Shown in pieces: positions 30,193 through 40,624 of a stretch of DNA of 64,000 bases. The stretch spans positions 1,746,712 through 1,810,711 of the forward strand of contig CBDAVG010000002.1 in NCBI GenBank assembly GCA_965200865.1, read 5' to 3'. This DNA is from an uncultured candidatus Porisulfidus sp. (GTDB lineage Bacteria > Pseudomonadota > Gammaproteobacteria > Poriferisulfidales > Oxydemutatoraceae). Positions within the stretch are counted from its first letter, which is position 1, and the number at the start of each line of letters is the position of its first letter. The notes under the pieces were generated by a model that did not search any database, was not told the origin of the DNA, and saw only the letters and a list, made by a program, of their open reading frames with translations. A program made the position numbers and the translations under genes.

Positions 30193-32535
30193 CTATGTTT
30201 TGACTTTTGCTTTTTTCTTTGCTGGTGCGCGCTTGCGTTTCTCAGGTGCTTTAGCTATTAGTTCCAGACATTGTTCGGCGGTTAAAGTGGACGGTTCTTG
30301 TTCTTTAGGTATTTTTGCATTCTTAGAGCCGTCGGTCACATAAGGACCATAGCGTCCTTTCAATACTTGTATGTTGTGTTCGGGAAAGTCGGCAATGATT
30401 TTTTCTGCGTCCGCTTGTTTTTTCTCGGCAATTACAACCAATGCGCGTTCAAGATCAATTTCATGCGGATCGTCTTCTTTGAGTGAGACATATTTTTTAC
30501 CGTACTTAATGAACGGCCCGTATCTCCCGATACCTGCCGATACCTGCTCTCCGTCTGGGGTTTCACCCAAATCACGAGGAAGTTTGAACAATTCCATCGC
30601 CTCTTCAAAATTAATCGTCTCCACTTTTTGTCCTTGTCTAAGAGATGCAAAACGCGGCTTTTCCTCGTCGTCTTTGGTGCCTATTTGAACATAAGGACCA
30701 TATCGCCCATAGCGTACGCTCACCGGCTTGTTGGTTTTAGGATCTGTCCCCAAAACACGTTCATTTGCCGCTTCGGCTTTTGACACCGTATCCATTTTTT
30801 CGTCCACTAGTTGCTTGAAAGGTTGCCAAAACTCTTTGAGTGCCGGAATCCATGTTTTTTCACCTCGTGATATCTCGTCCAAAACATTCTCCAAGTTTGC
30901 CGTAAAATCATAATCTACATAATGTGAGAAATGATTGGTTAGAAACTTGCTGACGATACGTCCTGTAGGTGTAGGATAGAAACGACGTTTTTCTAGAGTT
31001 GCATATTTCCGATATTGTAGTGTAGAAATAATGCTTGCATAAGTAGAAGGACGCCCAATCCCGTATTCTTCCAGTGTTTTTATCAAAGATGCCTCGCTGT
31101 AGCGGGGTGGTGGTTCGGTAAAATGCTGCGACGCGGTTAATTCTTTCAACGGCACTTCTTCTCCTTCGTTCAACGGCGGAAGTTTTTTCTCTGTTGCAGA
31201 GACTGTTTTGCTGTTTTTTGTATCGCTGCTTTTATCACTACCCTCGGTGTAGACAGCCATAAATCCCGGGTCTTTGATAGTAGAACCAGTTGCCCTAAAG
31301 ATGCAGTATTCCTGACACGACAAGTCAGCGGTCACAGTATCTAAAGTCGCATGGATCATTTGACAAGCAACCGTTCGTTTCCAAATTAAGTCGTACAACT
31401 TATATTGGTCGGTGCTCAGATAGGCTTTGACTTGTTCAGGGGTGTGTTTTACCGAAGTCGGACGTATGGCTTCGTGAGCTTCCTGTGCATTTTTTGATTT
31501 GGTTTTGTATTTCACAGGTTTAGACGGCAACCGGTCGGCACCGAATTCCGATTTGATGTATGCACGCAGTTCGGTAACCGCCTCTTCGGCAAGCGTCACC
31601 GAGTCGGTGCGCATATAACTGATTAACCCTATAGGTCCGGAACCTAAATCGATACCTTCGTATAATTGTTGCGCTATACGCATCGTGCGCGACGACGAAA
31701 AATATAATTTGCGTACGCTTTCTTGCTGTAGTGTGGAAGTAATAAAAGGTGGCGACGGGTATCTTTTACGTTGCTTTTTTTCGCAACGGGTAACTTTCAA
31801 GCGGTCTTGTGCTTTTTCAAGAATGGTTTCGCGTATTTCGTTTGCCTGTTTTTCGTTGTTGATATCAAACTGCTTGAGCTTCTGACCTTCCAGTTCAAAC
31901 AACTTAGCATTAAAAGGCGTGTTTTCTTTTTCGGAGAGTGCCTCTAGAGTCCAATACTCCTGCGCCTTAAATTTTTCTATTTCCTCTTCCCGCTCTACCA
32001 ATAGGCGAAGTGCAGGGCTTTGCACACGCCCGGCGGAAAGCCCCTGTTGCACTTTACGCCATAAAAGCGGCGACAAATTGAAACCAACCAGATGGTCCAA
32101 AGCCCGCCGTGCCTGTTGTGCATTAACTAAATCATCCGACAGCTGGCGAGGATTTGCAATTGCATCAGAAACCGCACGCTTCGTGATCTCATGGAATACC
32201 ACTCGATACACACCCTTATCTTTGATTATTCCTTTCTCTTTCAATATCTCGTAAAGATGCCATGAGATTGCCTCACCTTCACGATCCGGGTCGGTTGCCA
32301 AGTAAAGATTTTTAGATTTCTTTAAGGTTTGTTCTATTTTACGTACATGTTTGGCACTATCTTTAATAACTTGATAGTTCATAGCAAAATTATTATTCGG
32401 GTCTACCGCACCTTCCTGCGATACCAGATCCCTAACATGACCGTAAGATGCCATCACCTCAAAGTTAGATCCAAGATACTTTTTGATAGTCTTGGACTTG
32501 GCGGGGGATTCTACGATTAAAAGATTCTCAGCCAT
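30193..32535 (-). CDS. topA: DNA topoisomerase I
   Basis: TOPRIM N-terminus MAENLLIVESPAKSKTIKKYLG, an active-site Tyr region and C-terminal zinc-ribbon repeats; 780 aa. Confidence 0.95.
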   Translation of the reverse strand: MAENLLIVESPAKSKTIKKYLGSNFEVMASYGHVRDLVSQEGAVDPNNNFAMNYQVIKDSAKHVRKIEQTLKKSKNLYLATDPDREGEAISWHLYEILKEKGIIKDKGVYRVVFHEITKRAVSDAIANPRQLSDDLVNAQQARRALDHLVGFNLSPLLWRKVQQGLSAGRVQSPALRLLVEREEEIEKFKAQEYWTLEALSEKENTPFNAKLFELEGQKLKQFDINNEKQANEIRETILEKAQDRLKVTRCEKKQRKRYPSPPFITSTLQQESVRKLYFSSSRTMRIAQQLYEGIDLGSGPIGLISYMRTDSVTLAEEAVTELRAYIKSEFGADRLPSKPVKYKTKSKNAQEAHEAIRPTSVKHTPEQVKAYLSTDQYKLYDLIWKRTVACQMIHATLDTVTADLSCQEYCIFRATGSTIKDPGFMAVYTEGSDKSSDTKNSKTVSATEKKLPPLNEGEEVPLKELTASQHFTEPPPRYSEASLIKTLEEYGIGRPSTYASIISTLQYRKYATLEKRRFYPTPTGRIVSKFLTNHFSHYVDYDFTANLENVLDEISRGEKTWIPALKEFWQPFKQLVDEKMDTVSKAEAANERVLGTDPKTNKPVSVRYGRYGPYVQIGTKDDEEKPRFASLRQGQKVETINFEEAMELFKLPRDLGETPDGEQVSAGIGRYGPFIKYGKKYVSLKEDDPHEIDLERALVVIAEKKQADAEKIIADFPEHNIQVLKGRYGPYVTDGSKNAKIPKEQEPSTLTAEQCLELIAKAPEKRKRAPAKKKAKVKT

Positions 32536-32759
32536 AGCTATTCATATAAGATTGTGGTTGTTCGGAATATCTTGCGAGAGGGATTATAGTATAAACTATA
32601 ACAAAGTATAAAGTTATTTTATGAAAAATATTGAGGATTCTAGATTTGTTCACCATTTGGCACTGGTAGCTTTAGGCTGAAAAAATTTCTATCATTCGTA
32701 TTTAAGTTTCTATAGAGCATTATTTGAGAACGATCTATCAGGTAAATATGAGGCCATTG

Positions 32760-32935
32760 CAAAAGTATTTCACGCACCGTAGGAGAGGGCTAACATGGGG
32801 CTGTTGAAAAAGTACCATTATGCATCGTAGAAGGTAATTGTCTAGTGCAGAACTACCACAACCACCCCGTCAGGCTTCGCCTGCCACCCCTCCACAGGAG
32901 GGGAATGTACTAATGCAGACACTTTTTCAACAGCC
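32760..32935. repeat. REP-like repeat cluster 9
   Basis: ccgtaggagagggctaacatggggctgttgaaaaagtacc and ccaccccgtcaggcttcgcctgccacccctccacaggaggggaatgtac. Confidence 0.8.
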
Positions 32936-32980
32936 CATATTATTTCTATCGCTTAATATAGACCGCAACTTCTCTTTTTA

Positions 32981-33991
32981 ATGGACTCAATCACACAAGC
33001 GGCACTAGGTGCCACAGTTGCCGGCGTTAGTGCTGGAAAGCGTACTTCTAAAAAAGTATTGCTTTGGGGGGCATTGGCTGGCACGCTTCCTGACTTAGAT
33101 ATAATCCACAGCTTTTTTACCAACGATGTAGGCAGGCTGGTTTCCCACAGAGGTGTCACGCACTCGTTCATCCTCGTTCCTTTTGCCGCTTATTTGTTTT
33201 CTAGACTTTTCGTTCGGCTCGCACCGCGAACCGCATTATCTGCCCAACAATGGTTTTGGTTATTCTTTTGGTGTTTTACGACGCATATCATCCTGGACTT
33301 ACTGACGGTTTACGGCACACAAATCTTTTATCCGTTAAGCCGTTATCCTTATGCGTTAGCGAGCTTATTCATCATAGATCCTTTTTATACCTTCCCGTTG
33401 ATTGGCGGGCTTGCATACTTTGCTATATCTAGAACTCCTGTGATGCATCGTCGCCATGTTTTAATCTCAATAGCCACACTGACCTCTTTATATATAGTGA
33501 TGGCTATGGTGTTTAAGACTTACGCGAACCACCGCTTTGAAGCCGCGCTAGATCGACAGGAGATTGATTATCAACAAATAGAAACCTTGAATTCGCCCTT
33601 TAATGTTCTGCTTTGGAGGGCTGTGGTGATCACTGAGGATGCAAACCTGAGTGCTTGGTATTCCATACTGAGTCCGAACAAGCCTATAGTATTCAACCAA
33701 ACCGTCGCCTACTTGGAACGAGAAAAACTTAATGCATTTGCTACACCGGGTTCTGATTTGGCTAAACTGATTCGTTTTTCCAAAGGTTTTTATCGTTATG
33801 AAGAAGACACCGAAGGTGTCAAATGGATTGATTTACGTTTTGTGGCAGGCGGTATGTATCCGTTTCGTTATCTGGTTGCCAAGCGCAACGACGAAGGGGA
33901 ATTGCGACCGCTAACGACCGCAACGCAGGTCAAAATCAAAAGACGCGCGCCGATAAAAGTAATTTTTGAGGAACTATACGAGAACATTTAG
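32981..33991 (+). CDS. membrane-bound metal-dependent hydrolase, YdjM/DUF457 family, with a C-terminal extension
   Basis: N-terminus MDSITQAALGATVAG...LLWGALAGTLPDLDIIHSF...HRGVTHSF is typical of the YdjM family, and several transmembrane segments are predicted. Confidence 0.7.
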   Translation: MDSITQAALGATVAGVSAGKRTSKKVLLWGALAGTLPDLDIIHSFFTNDVGRLVSHRGVTHSFILVPFAAYLFSRLFVRLAPRTALSAQQWFWLFFWCFTTHIILDLLTVYGTQIFYPLSRYPYALASLFIIDPFYTFPLIGGLAYFAISRTPVMHRRHVLISIATLTSLYIVMAMVFKTYANHRFEAALDRQEIDYQQIETLNSPFNVLLWRAVVITEDANLSAWYSILSPNKPIVFNQTVAYLEREKLNAFATPGSDLAKLIRFSKGFYRYEEDTEGVKWIDLRFVAGGMYPFRYLVAKRNDEGELRPLTTATQVKIKRRAPIKVIFEELYENI

Positions 33992-34044
33992 CCGATTGAT
34001 ATGCTTGACTCACGATTAGAATGCTTTTAGATATCTAAAATAAT

Positions 34045-34824
34045 TTATGTTTTTTTAACTTCCTTTATTCTATTTATCATGGTTTGAAAATACTCTGCAT
34101 TGTTCTCGAAACCTATATATTTTCTATTGCTGTTTATTACGGATATTATCGTGCTACCGCTTCCGGCAAAACAATCCAACACCACATTGCCTTCGTTACT
34201 AAATATACCTAATATCCTGTCCATCAGTTTCAGAGACTTCTGTGTTGGATGATTAACTCTTTCTCTACTCCACGGCACAATAGGGGAAATGTCTGTCCAT
34301 ACATTAGACATCGCTCTGTATTCGTTGCCGTTCTTTCTTCCGATGGTTCCACCGGTCTTCTTTTTTATGTTTGACGATATTTTGTTATAGGTATAGTTAT
34401 CTTGGTCATTGATAAACCATAATATATCTTCTCTAGTAGAAACGAGGTCTGTTTTTGTTCCGCGACCTTTGACTCGGTCATAAATAATCCAATTTTTTAG
34501 ATAAAAATACCTAGAGAGGTGGTCAATAGTCTTTGAAACATTAGACCAACCCTGGAATATAGCTAAACTACCGTTGGGTTTGATAATTCGCTTAAATTCT
34601 TTTGCCAAGTAATCCCAATTCAATTTGTTTTTTGCATCCCATGCGTAATTGGAATAGCCGATTTCATAAGGGGGGTCTGTTGCTATTAGATCTATAGAAT
34701 TGTCTTCTACATGTTTTAATAATTCCATGCAGTCTCCTAAAACCACTTGGTCGGGCAATATTATCTGCGGTCTTTTTTTTGCTGTAAATTGTTTAGGGTC
34801 AGTGTGGAAATTCTCTGTTTGCAT
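34045..34824 (-). CDS. beta-class DNA methyltransferase (N6-adenine or N4-cytosine), apparently orphan
   Basis: Motif IV DPPY (IDLIATDPPYE) precedes motif I (VLDCFAGSGST), the beta-class order. The gene is AT-rich and no restriction-enzyme-like gene is adjacent. Confidence 0.8.
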   Translation of the reverse strand: MQTENFHTDPKQFTAKKRPQIILPDQVVLGDCMELLKHVEDNSIDLIATDPPYEIGYSNYAWDAKNKLNWDYLAKEFKRIIKPNGSLAIFQGWSNVSKTIDHLSRYFYLKNWIIYDRVKGRGTKTDLVSTREDILWFINDQDNYTYNKISSNIKKKTGGTIGRKNGNEYRAMSNVWTDISPIVPWSRERVNHPTQKSLKLMDRILGIFSNEGNVVLDCFAGSGSTIISVINSNRKYIGFENNAEYFQTMINRIKEVKKT

Positions 34825-34839
34825 AGTCGGATTATATCA

Positions 34840-35085
34840 CCTGTAGGGGAGGGCTATCATGCCCTCCTTAAAGTATTGTACTTGTATCATCTTGACCGCC
34901 ACGTGCCACTTAGTTTTGGTTTCCATAAAAGAAATGAATGAATGTATCGGTTGTGCGAGTACGTTGCGTTAGGGCGGATATATAAACCCGCCCCTACTGT
35001 TTTCGTAAATTTAATGGCGCAAGCAGTTATGTTTGAGCGATGACTGCAATTTTTCAACAGCCCCACTATCTCCCCTTTTGAGAGA
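34840..35085. repeat. REP-like repeat cluster 10
   Basis: ctgtaggggagggctatcatgccctcc, tagggcggatatataaacccgcccctactg and tgcaatttttcaacagcccc. Confidence 0.8.
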
Positions 35086-35104
35086 GGAATGGTCCACAAT
35101 ACGG

Positions 35105-35461
35105 TTAATTGTCGGGGATTGATTTACCGTTGACCTCAAAGCGAGTTAAAGTGATGTCACCGGTGGTGTCCATGTCTATATGTTCTACTCCGGGCAGACG
35201 ACTTAGTATATACGCTGCAGCTAATCCGACCATTGGATTATTTTTTGTTTGTATGGCAGTAAGCATTCGATCGGCAAGAATTTGGCATCGCTGAACGGTA
35301 TCGGGATTTTCCACCCACTGGCGGCTCATTTGCCAACCGCGATCCATATCGGAGTCAACTTTGGCAAAAAAACTTTCACCTTCCTCCAACATATAATGGG
35401 GAACTTGGATGGGATAATTGTCTTCCCCTATGGTTATGTTCAATATCTTGACGGAATCCAC
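35105..35461 (-). CDS. hypothetical protein (118 aa)
   Basis: Clean ORF with reasonable codon usage between a REP cluster and priA; no recognisable motif. Confidence 0.45.
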   Translation of the reverse strand: MDSVKILNITIGEDNYPIQVPHYMLEEGESFFAKVDSDMDRGWQMSRQWVENPDTVQRCQILADRMLTAIQTKNNPMVGLAAAYILSRLPGVEHIDMDTTGDITLTRFEVNGKSIPDN

Positions 35462-35560
35462 GATAATTTAAGACTTAGCTAAGAATACTATTGGCATCTA
35501 TGATACATCATTATTGATTTTCATATAGCGATACAATACCCTTTTATATAATCCGATGTT

Positions 35561-37750
35561 ATGACTTCTGTACTGCGAATTGCAATACCTTCCTTGATGC
35601 CCGATTGCTTGGACTATCTGCCCAATGGGCAAAAGGTGCAACCGGGGATGCGAGTAAAAATCTCTTTACGAGGCAAGGATTGTATCGGCATCGTGATATC
35701 CGAAGAGCAGGATACCGAAGTACCGGTCAAAAAGCTAAAGTCGATCACTAGAGTGGTAGACAAAAAAGCCGTGATTCCCGACAGCTTGTTGTCGTTGCTG
35801 AGATGGGTGTCGTGGTATTACCATTATCCGCTTGGCGGTGTGCTGAAAGTCGCTTTGCCACGTTTGCTTCGTTTGGATAAATCTTTGCCTCCCGACACGA
35901 TAGAGGTGTGGCGGGTTTGTCGTGGTCAAGGGCATAACACTGAGCTTTCTAAGCGCGCATTCAAGCAGCGTGCATTACTTGAATGGCTAGGAAAACTAGA
36001 GGGTGCCGATAAAACATTACTTGATATAGAGTTTAAGAACTGGCGCACCTCACTTAAAAGTCTAGAGCAGAAAGGTTGGGTTGAGCGGCAACAAGTAAAA
36101 GTAAAAGAACAAATGACTGCACCATGCTCAGCACCGCGTCACAAACTCAATGCCGATCAACAAAATGTGGTGGAAGCAATGCTTGCTGAATTTGGCAATT
36201 TTTCATGTACCTTGCTAGAAGGGGTCACTGGCAGTGGGAAAACAGAAGTCTATCTGGAACTATGCGAGTTTGTCCTCAAACAAAAAAAGCAAGTGCTTGT
36301 TTTGGTGCCTGAAATTGCATTGACGATACAAACGGTGGCACGATTTAGAGAACGTTTTGGTCAATCGGTGCAGGTTTTTCACTCTGGACTAAGCGATAAC
36401 GAGCGTCTGCGTGTCTGGAGCTTTGCATTGGATGGCACGGTGCAAATCGTCATCGGCACGCGCTCGGCATCGTTTTTACCGTTCAAACAACTGGGTTTAA
36501 TCGTTGTTGACGAGGAACACGATAGCTCTTATAAACAAATGGAATCGTTGCGCTACCATGCGCGTGATATGTCAGTGAAACGCGCACAACTTGAAGGGGT
36601 GCCGATATTATTGGGCAGTGCAACCCCTGCGCTTGAGACTTTACACAACGCACTTGATAATCGTTATAAACACCAACGGCTTATGCGGCGTGCTGGCAAT
36701 GCAGTAATGCCGAACTTCCACATCATTGATGTGCGCGGGAAATGGCTGGACGGTGGCTTGTCCGAGCCGCTTATTTGGATGATTGAGGACCGCATTAAAA
36801 AGCAAGAGCAGGTTTTGCTGTTTATCAATCGCAGAGGCTTTGCACCGCTTATAATGTGCCGGCAATGCGGTGAGGCGTTGACATGCACACATTGTGATGC
36901 CTACCTTGTCTATCATAAGCACATCAACAAACTCGTTTGTCATCATTGCGACGCACGGTTTTCGATACCGCAACGATGCCCAAAATGTCAATCGGATAGG
37001 TTGGAACCTGTCGGAGTCGGCACTCAGCAAATAGAGGAAAAAATACAAACGCTTTTCCCAAATGCGCGCACCATCAGGATAGATACCGATGTCGTCCGTC
37101 GTAAAGACGCACTTGCACAACGGCTTGAACGAATTCATGCAAAACAGGTGGATATCATCGTTGGTACTCAGATATTAACCAAAGGACATCATCTGCCGGG
37201 GATTACATTGACCTGTGTCGTCGATGTGGATCAGGGATTATTTTCGCCCGATTTCCGCAGTACCGAACGATTGGCACAACTGATTACACAGGTCGGCGGT
37301 CGCTCAGGCAGAGGCGATGTGGTCGGCGATGTGGTTTTGCAAACCCATCATCCCGACCACCCTTTATTACGTACTCTATTACGCAAAGGCTATTCGGCAT
37401 TATCGGCAGACCTGTTGCAAGAACGGCAACAAGTGGGATTACCACCGTATTGTCATTTAACATTGCTCCGTGTGAAAGCGCGCCAGCCGAACTTGAGCAT
37501 TGAGTTTCTGCATCGTGTTGAACGATACGCAAAACAGTTAGCACAGGACGTGCAAGTACATGTTTATCCGCCGATACCGGCAATGATGGAGAAAAGAGCC
37601 GGCTATCACCACGCATGTATGCTATTTGAAGCACCCAATGCCACCGTGCTAAATCGCTATGTAGCTGGGCTTACAAAAAAAGTAAAGGCTCTGCCTCTAC
37701 AGAAAGATATGCGCTGGCATTTTGATGTCGATCCACTGGAAATAGATTAA
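35561..37750 (+). CDS. priA: primosomal protein N' (replication restart helicase)
   Basis: Walker A GVTGSGKTEVY, DEEH box, and C-terminal Cys-rich zinc-binding CxxC repeats; 729 aa. Confidence 0.93.
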   Translation: MTSVLRIAIPSLMPDCLDYLPNGQKVQPGMRVKISLRGKDCIGIVISEEQDTEVPVKKLKSITRVVDKKAVIPDSLLSLLRWVSWYYHYPLGGVLKVALPRLLRLDKSLPPDTIEVWRVCRGQGHNTELSKRAFKQRALLEWLGKLEGADKTLLDIEFKNWRTSLKSLEQKGWVERQQVKVKEQMTAPCSAPRHKLNADQQNVVEAMLAEFGNFSCTLLEGVTGSGKTEVYLELCEFVLKQKKQVLVLVPEIALTIQTVARFRERFGQSVQVFHSGLSDNERLRVWSFALDGTVQIVIGTRSASFLPFKQLGLIVVDEEHDSSYKQMESLRYHARDMSVKRAQLEGVPILLGSATPALETLHNALDNRYKHQRLMRRAGNAVMPNFHIIDVRGKWLDGGLSEPLIWMIEDRIKKQEQVLLFINRRGFAPLIMCRQCGEALTCTHCDAYLVYHKHINKLVCHHCDARFSIPQRCPKCQSDRLEPVGVGTQQIEEKIQTLFPNARTIRIDTDVVRRKDALAQRLERIHAKQVDIIVGTQILTKGHHLPGITLTCVVDVDQGLFSPDFRSTERLAQLITQVGGRSGRGDVVGDVVLQTHHPDHPLLRTLLRKGYSALSADLLQERQQVGLPPYCHLTLLRVKARQPNLSIEFLHRVERYAKQLAQDVQVHVYPPIPAMMEKRAGYHHACMLFEAPNATVLNRYVAGLTKKVKALPLQKDMRWHFDVDPLEID

Positions 37751-37751
37751 C

Positions 37752-38100
37752 GTGGGACTGTTGAAAAATAGAACCGCCGATTGAGCCAGTAGGTCAATCG
37801 GCGTAACATTGTTCAGAACCTTAACAACCACCCCGTCAGATAGAACCGCCGATTGAACCAGTAGGTCAATCGGCGTGACATCGTTCAGAACCATAACATG
37901 ATTGCTAAACGCATACATTACAAAATCCATAAGCCTGCCACCCCTCCAAAGGAGGGGAATGTACTAATGCAGACACTTTTTCAACAGTCCCATGTTAGCC
38001 CTCCCCTACAGTTGGTTTACATAAATTTCATGGCGCAAGCGGTTGAGTTTTTACAATGACAGTACTTTTTCAACAGCCCTATATATCAAAATCAATCGGC
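37752..38100. repeat. REP-like repeat cluster 11
   Basis: It includes a ~125 bp stretch identical to 62871..62996. Confidence 0.85.
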
Positions 38101-38136
38101 GTAACATTGTGCAGAAACTGGTAAAATGTCCGTTCA

Positions 38137-39876
38137 ATGCACGTTCAAATCAAACAATCAATCAGTGATAGTCTAGTAACCCTGCACAAGACAGGTGTTT
38201 TGCCTGAGGTAATTGAACCCGAGGTGCAGCTAACACGAGAGAGTGCGCACGGTGATTATTCCAGCAATGTCGCACTAGCACTTGCATCGTCGGCAAAGAT
38301 GGCGGCGTGTGATTTAGCCGATCGCATTATAGCCGAATTACCCAAATCAGATTTTATAGAACAAGTTGCAGTTGCAGGTCCCGGTTTTATCAATTTTCAC
38401 TTGAAAGAAACAGCCTATGCAGAGGTGGTTTTGGAAGTCGTTCGTCAAGGTTCTCAATACGGATGTGCGCCGGCTGGTAGCCGAGGTCGTGCATTACTGG
38501 AGTTTGTATCAGCAAATCCTACCGGACCGCTTCATATTGGGCACGGACGCGGTGCTGCTTTTGGTGCTGCCCTTGCCAACATACTCAAAGCAAATGGTTA
38601 TAGTGTTGAGTGTGAGTATTATGTGAACGATTGCGGACGGCAGATGGAAATGCTAAGTTTGTCGGTATGGTTACGCTATCTAGAACTGTGCGGTGTCAAT
38701 GTTGAATTTCCGGCTAAAGCCTATCACGGTGACTACATTTGGGATATCGCTGCCCAGCTCCATCGCCAACAAGGCGAACAATTTTATGTTGCAAGCTGGC
38801 AACCCGAAATGCCGAATGACAGCGATGATGAAACGCAAGAGAAACACTTGGATTATTTGCTAAGCTGCATGAAACAAGAACTTGGAACTAAGCACTATTC
38901 AACTGTTTATGCCGAGGCGTTAAACATGATGATGGAGGTTATCAAAGCAGAGCTAAAACTATTCGGCATCGTCTATGACAGATGGTTTTTTGAGTCCTCG
39001 TTGCGTTCTGAAGATCATATAAATAAAGCGATTGCCCAACTGGAGGCACACGGCACGTTATATGGGAAAGAAGGTGCGCGCTGGTTTCGTTCGACTGATT
39101 TCGGCGATGAAAAAGACCGGGTTTTGGTGCGCTCCAACAAACAAAGCACTTATTTCGCTGCCGATATCGCGTACCATTTAGATAAATATCAAAGGGACTA
39201 CGACCTTGTTATTAATATTTGGGGTGCCGACCACCACGGTTATGTGGCAAGGTTGCGCGCTGCGATTGCAGCCTTAGGGTTGGATGCCGACAAGCTGCAT
39301 GTCATATTAGTACAATTCGTCAACCTTTACCAGAGCGGTCTAAAGACTGCGATGTCTACCCGCAGCGGGCAATTCATTCCACTAGCTTCGATTAGAAAGC
39401 AAATCGGCAGCGATGCGATGCATCTGTTTTACATGATGCGCAAATATACCCAACACATAGACTTTGATGTAGAACTTGCTAAATCTCAAAGCAACGATAA
39501 TCCGCTTTATTACTTGCAATATGCACATGCTAGAATTTGCAGCGTATTCAGACAAATGGAACAGCAAGGCTATCACCACACAGTTGTTGCCGCCGAACTT
39601 GACCGCTTGAAAGAAGCCGAAGAACGTACTCTGATGAAATCGCTGTTGCGTTATACCTCAGTATTGTCGACAGCTGCCGAAACCAAAGAACCACAAGTAT
39701 TATTAGAATACTTGCGCGAACTCGCAACTGATTTCCATAGCTACTACAACCACTACCGCTTTCTAGTGGAAGACGAACAACTGCGCAACGCCCGATTGAT
39801 ATTGATTACTGCGGTGAAGCACATACTGTTCAACGGACTGACTATGCTGGGAGCATCCGCACCCGAAAGCATGTAG
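38137..39876 (+). CDS. argS: arginine--tRNA ligase
   Basis: HIGH motif PTGPLHIGHGRGA, a class I catalytic core and a C-terminal DALR anticodon-binding region; 579 aa. Confidence 0.93.
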   Translation: MHVQIKQSISDSLVTLHKTGVLPEVIEPEVQLTRESAHGDYSSNVALALASSAKMAACDLADRIIAELPKSDFIEQVAVAGPGFINFHLKETAYAEVVLEVVRQGSQYGCAPAGSRGRALLEFVSANPTGPLHIGHGRGAAFGAALANILKANGYSVECEYYVNDCGRQMEMLSLSVWLRYLELCGVNVEFPAKAYHGDYIWDIAAQLHRQQGEQFYVASWQPEMPNDSDDETQEKHLDYLLSCMKQELGTKHYSTVYAEALNMMMEVIKAELKLFGIVYDRWFFESSLRSEDHINKAIAQLEAHGTLYGKEGARWFRSTDFGDEKDRVLVRSNKQSTYFAADIAYHLDKYQRDYDLVINIWGADHHGYVARLRAAIAALGLDADKLHVILVQFVNLYQSGLKTAMSTRSGQFIPLASIRKQIGSDAMHLFYMMRKYTQHIDFDVELAKSQSNDNPLYYLQYAHARICSVFRQMEQQGYHHTVVAAELDRLKEAEERTLMKSLLRYTSVLSTAAETKEPQVLLEYLRELATDFHSYYNHYRFLVEDEQLRNARLILITAVKHILFNGLTMLGASAPESM

Positions 39877-39886
39877 GCACTTACAG

Positions 39887-40624
39887 ATGGCAATAAAAGA
39901 TTACAAGAAAAAATCACCTGCTACGCAGCCGCCCACAAAAAAAAGCACAAGTAGTGAAAGTCCATCTAAAAAAACAACGACTGCTTTCGGAGTAGGCTTT
40001 TTTTCAGGATTACTCGTTGCGAGTGTGGTGTTCATAACATACCTAAACTACTATCATTCAACTATTGACGGTGATAGCAAACACAGCGAGACGGCTACTC
40101 CTGAACCAACCAATAATAAAGCACATTCGGCGACCTCTCCTCCGACCAAGGCATCTAAAGACCAACCCAAGAGTCAATCCATAGATTATCAATTTTACAA
40201 AGAACTAGAAGAGTTTGAATTGCCGCCTGCTCCCACCGCCGATAGCCCTCCTCAAGACCAGCCACTTATTCCTGACACCACAGATGAGAATTTTTCTGAA
40301 GATGATGTGAACGATAAAGTTGATGGGAATACAAGCGAAGACGATAAAGGTGATGAAGACAAATCACCGACGCGCTATATCTTGCAAGCTGGCACTTTTA
40401 CAACTATGCTACAAGCACAAATACAACGTCGCAAAATTATTGATTTGGGCTATAAAGATGTGCATATTTTTCAAGCTGCCTATAACGACGAGCAATACCA
40501 TAGAGTATGGCTAGGTCCCTACAGTGAGCTGGAACAAGCTAAAACCATAGGCAACGCATTGAAGGCTGCTCAAATAGAAGTTGTGTTGCGCCATAACTTG
40601 CGGAGTTTTGACCGCAAAGAATAA
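39887..40624 (+). CDS. SPOR domain-containing (peptidoglycan-binding, cell-division-associated) protein
   Basis: N-terminal transmembrane helix, a Pro/Thr/acidic low-complexity linker and a C-terminal SPOR fold (RYILQAGTF...VWLGPY), positioned after argS as in Pseudomonas. Confidence 0.75.
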   Translation: MAIKDYKKKSPATQPPTKKSTSSESPSKKTTTAFGVGFFSGLLVASVVFITYLNYYHSTIDGDSKHSETATPEPTNNKAHSATSPPTKASKDQPKSQSIDYQFYKELEEFELPPAPTADSPPQDQPLIPDTTDENFSEDDVNDKVDGNTSEDDKGDEDKSPTRYILQAGTFTTMLQAQIQRRKIIDLGYKDVHIFQAAYNDEQYHRVWLGPYSELEQAKTIGNALKAAQIEVVLRHNLRSFDRKE

